Positions 62,915 through 64,000 of a DNA stretch of 64,000 nucleotides are shown piece by piece. The notes beneath the pieces are model-generated. The model had not been told where the DNA came from. It saw only the letters and a list, made by a program, of their open reading frames with translations, and made no database searches. Origin of the DNA: Carcharhinus amblyrhynchos (lineage: Eukaryota). The DNA lies in contig OZ336882.1 in assembly GCA_965287045.1 (NCBI GenBank), positions 19,840,001-19,904,000 on the forward strand, in the 5' to 3' direction. A program made the translations under genes and the position numbers. Within the stretch, counting starts at the first letter, position 1; every line of letters begins with the position of its first letter.

Positions 62915-63218
62915 GACATCACAGTGACCGAGTGAGTAGCATTGCTGCCTCACAGCGCCAGGAGCCCAAGTTCGATTTCCCGGCTTGGGTCACTGCCTGT
63001 GCAGAGTCTGCGTGTTCTCCCTGTGTCTGCATGGGTTTCCGCTGGGTGCTCCGGTTTCCTCTCACAGTCCAAAGATGTGCAGGTTAGGTGTGCTGGCCAT
63101 GCTAAATTCTCCCTCAGCGTATCCAAACAGGCGCCAGAGTGTGGAGACTTGGGGATTTTCACAGCAATTTCATTGCAGTGTTAATGTAAGCCTACTTGTG
63201 ATTTATAAATAAACTTTA
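62915..63218 (+). mobile_element. V-SINE/HE1-like SINE, tail type B
   Basis: B box gttcgatt, shared core and tail B. Confidence 0.9.
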
Positions 63219-64000
63219 AGTGTCAGTGAGCTATTTGACTGGAGGGGGCTTCAAACAGGCATCTGTTTCGATCTTTACCTAACATTGAAGCAAGTGCATT
63301 TTCCAGCGTTTGTCACTGGATTCTGGGCAGGTTGCAGCTAGGAATACTGACTGATTCCACCCCCCACCCTTCCCCACTGCCTTTCTTTCACCCTGAGGGA
63401 TTGTATCCTGACCTAGAACCGGAAGGATTATGTCTTCTTGAAATCCTAGGCAGTGTTTTAACCAAGTGATATTTGGTGCAATGTTTGTGGCCCTTTACTG
63501 ACCCCTGGTGTAGCATTGCAAAACCTGAGGGTTGTGACAGGTTGGACTGACCCCATCAACACCTGAACAAAACCCACTGCCAGCTAAAATCCTCGTAATG
63601 GATGTAACGGGTGTTTACAAGTTAGTGGGAACCGTGCCAGCAATCTAACCAAATGTAGCTGCACGGTAAGGAAGCAGTGTGGTATAATTTCCAGGAATAT
63701 TGCTGTCAGCTCCTCACTGCTGTGCTTGTACGTAGTCCTCTGCTGTTCCTCAGGGAGCAGGATCTTGCCCGCACTTGACATGCTTTTGAATAATTTGCTG
63801 CAAAGATGAAAAGGTAGTGCAGCACTAGCCTGTTGTGAGGCAATGAGATGAGTTCAGGATGCTAAAAGCTGAGTGTGTGCAAAGCTCTACATCAAACTAC
63901 ATTGGGAATTGTACGCGAGAGAGTCTCAGTGATCAGTTCAGGGAAATTAATGGATATATCGGGTAACGAGAGTGTTTTAATGTTGTGCCAAGAGGAGGTT

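Overview
This is vertebrate nuclear DNA, almost certainly from a shark or other elasmobranch. The evidence is about 18 HE1/V-SINE-type tRNA-derived SINEs plus CR1, Rex1/Babar, RTE, Penelope-like and Gypsy relics. There is no prokaryotic content and no intact long ORF; nearly all entries in the ORF track are chance ORFs or decayed transposon fragments. The one likely host-gene signal is a GC/CpG-rich promoter and first-exon region at about 7.3-10.5 kb on the + strand. It has two short ATG-containing candidate exons ending in strong splice donors (9080/9081 and 10126/10127), followed by what looks like a >50 kb intron. I cannot name the gene. The most notable structures are: (1) minimal hammerhead-ribozyme motifs in Penelope-like repeats, one inside a fold-back unit; (2) a 254-bp, about 96% identical inverted templated duplication inside an RTE LINE; (3) a bipartite, internally deleted Rex1-derived element present twice; (4) a 59-bp hAT-type mini-MITE with an 8-bp TSD; (5) SINE tail swapping, SINE nesting and A-box triplication; (6) a collapsed Gypsy element with a tRNA-Pro PBS. 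I found no convincing novel protein-coding system. Repeat boundaries and family names are read by eye and from recalled consensus sequences, so they are approximate.
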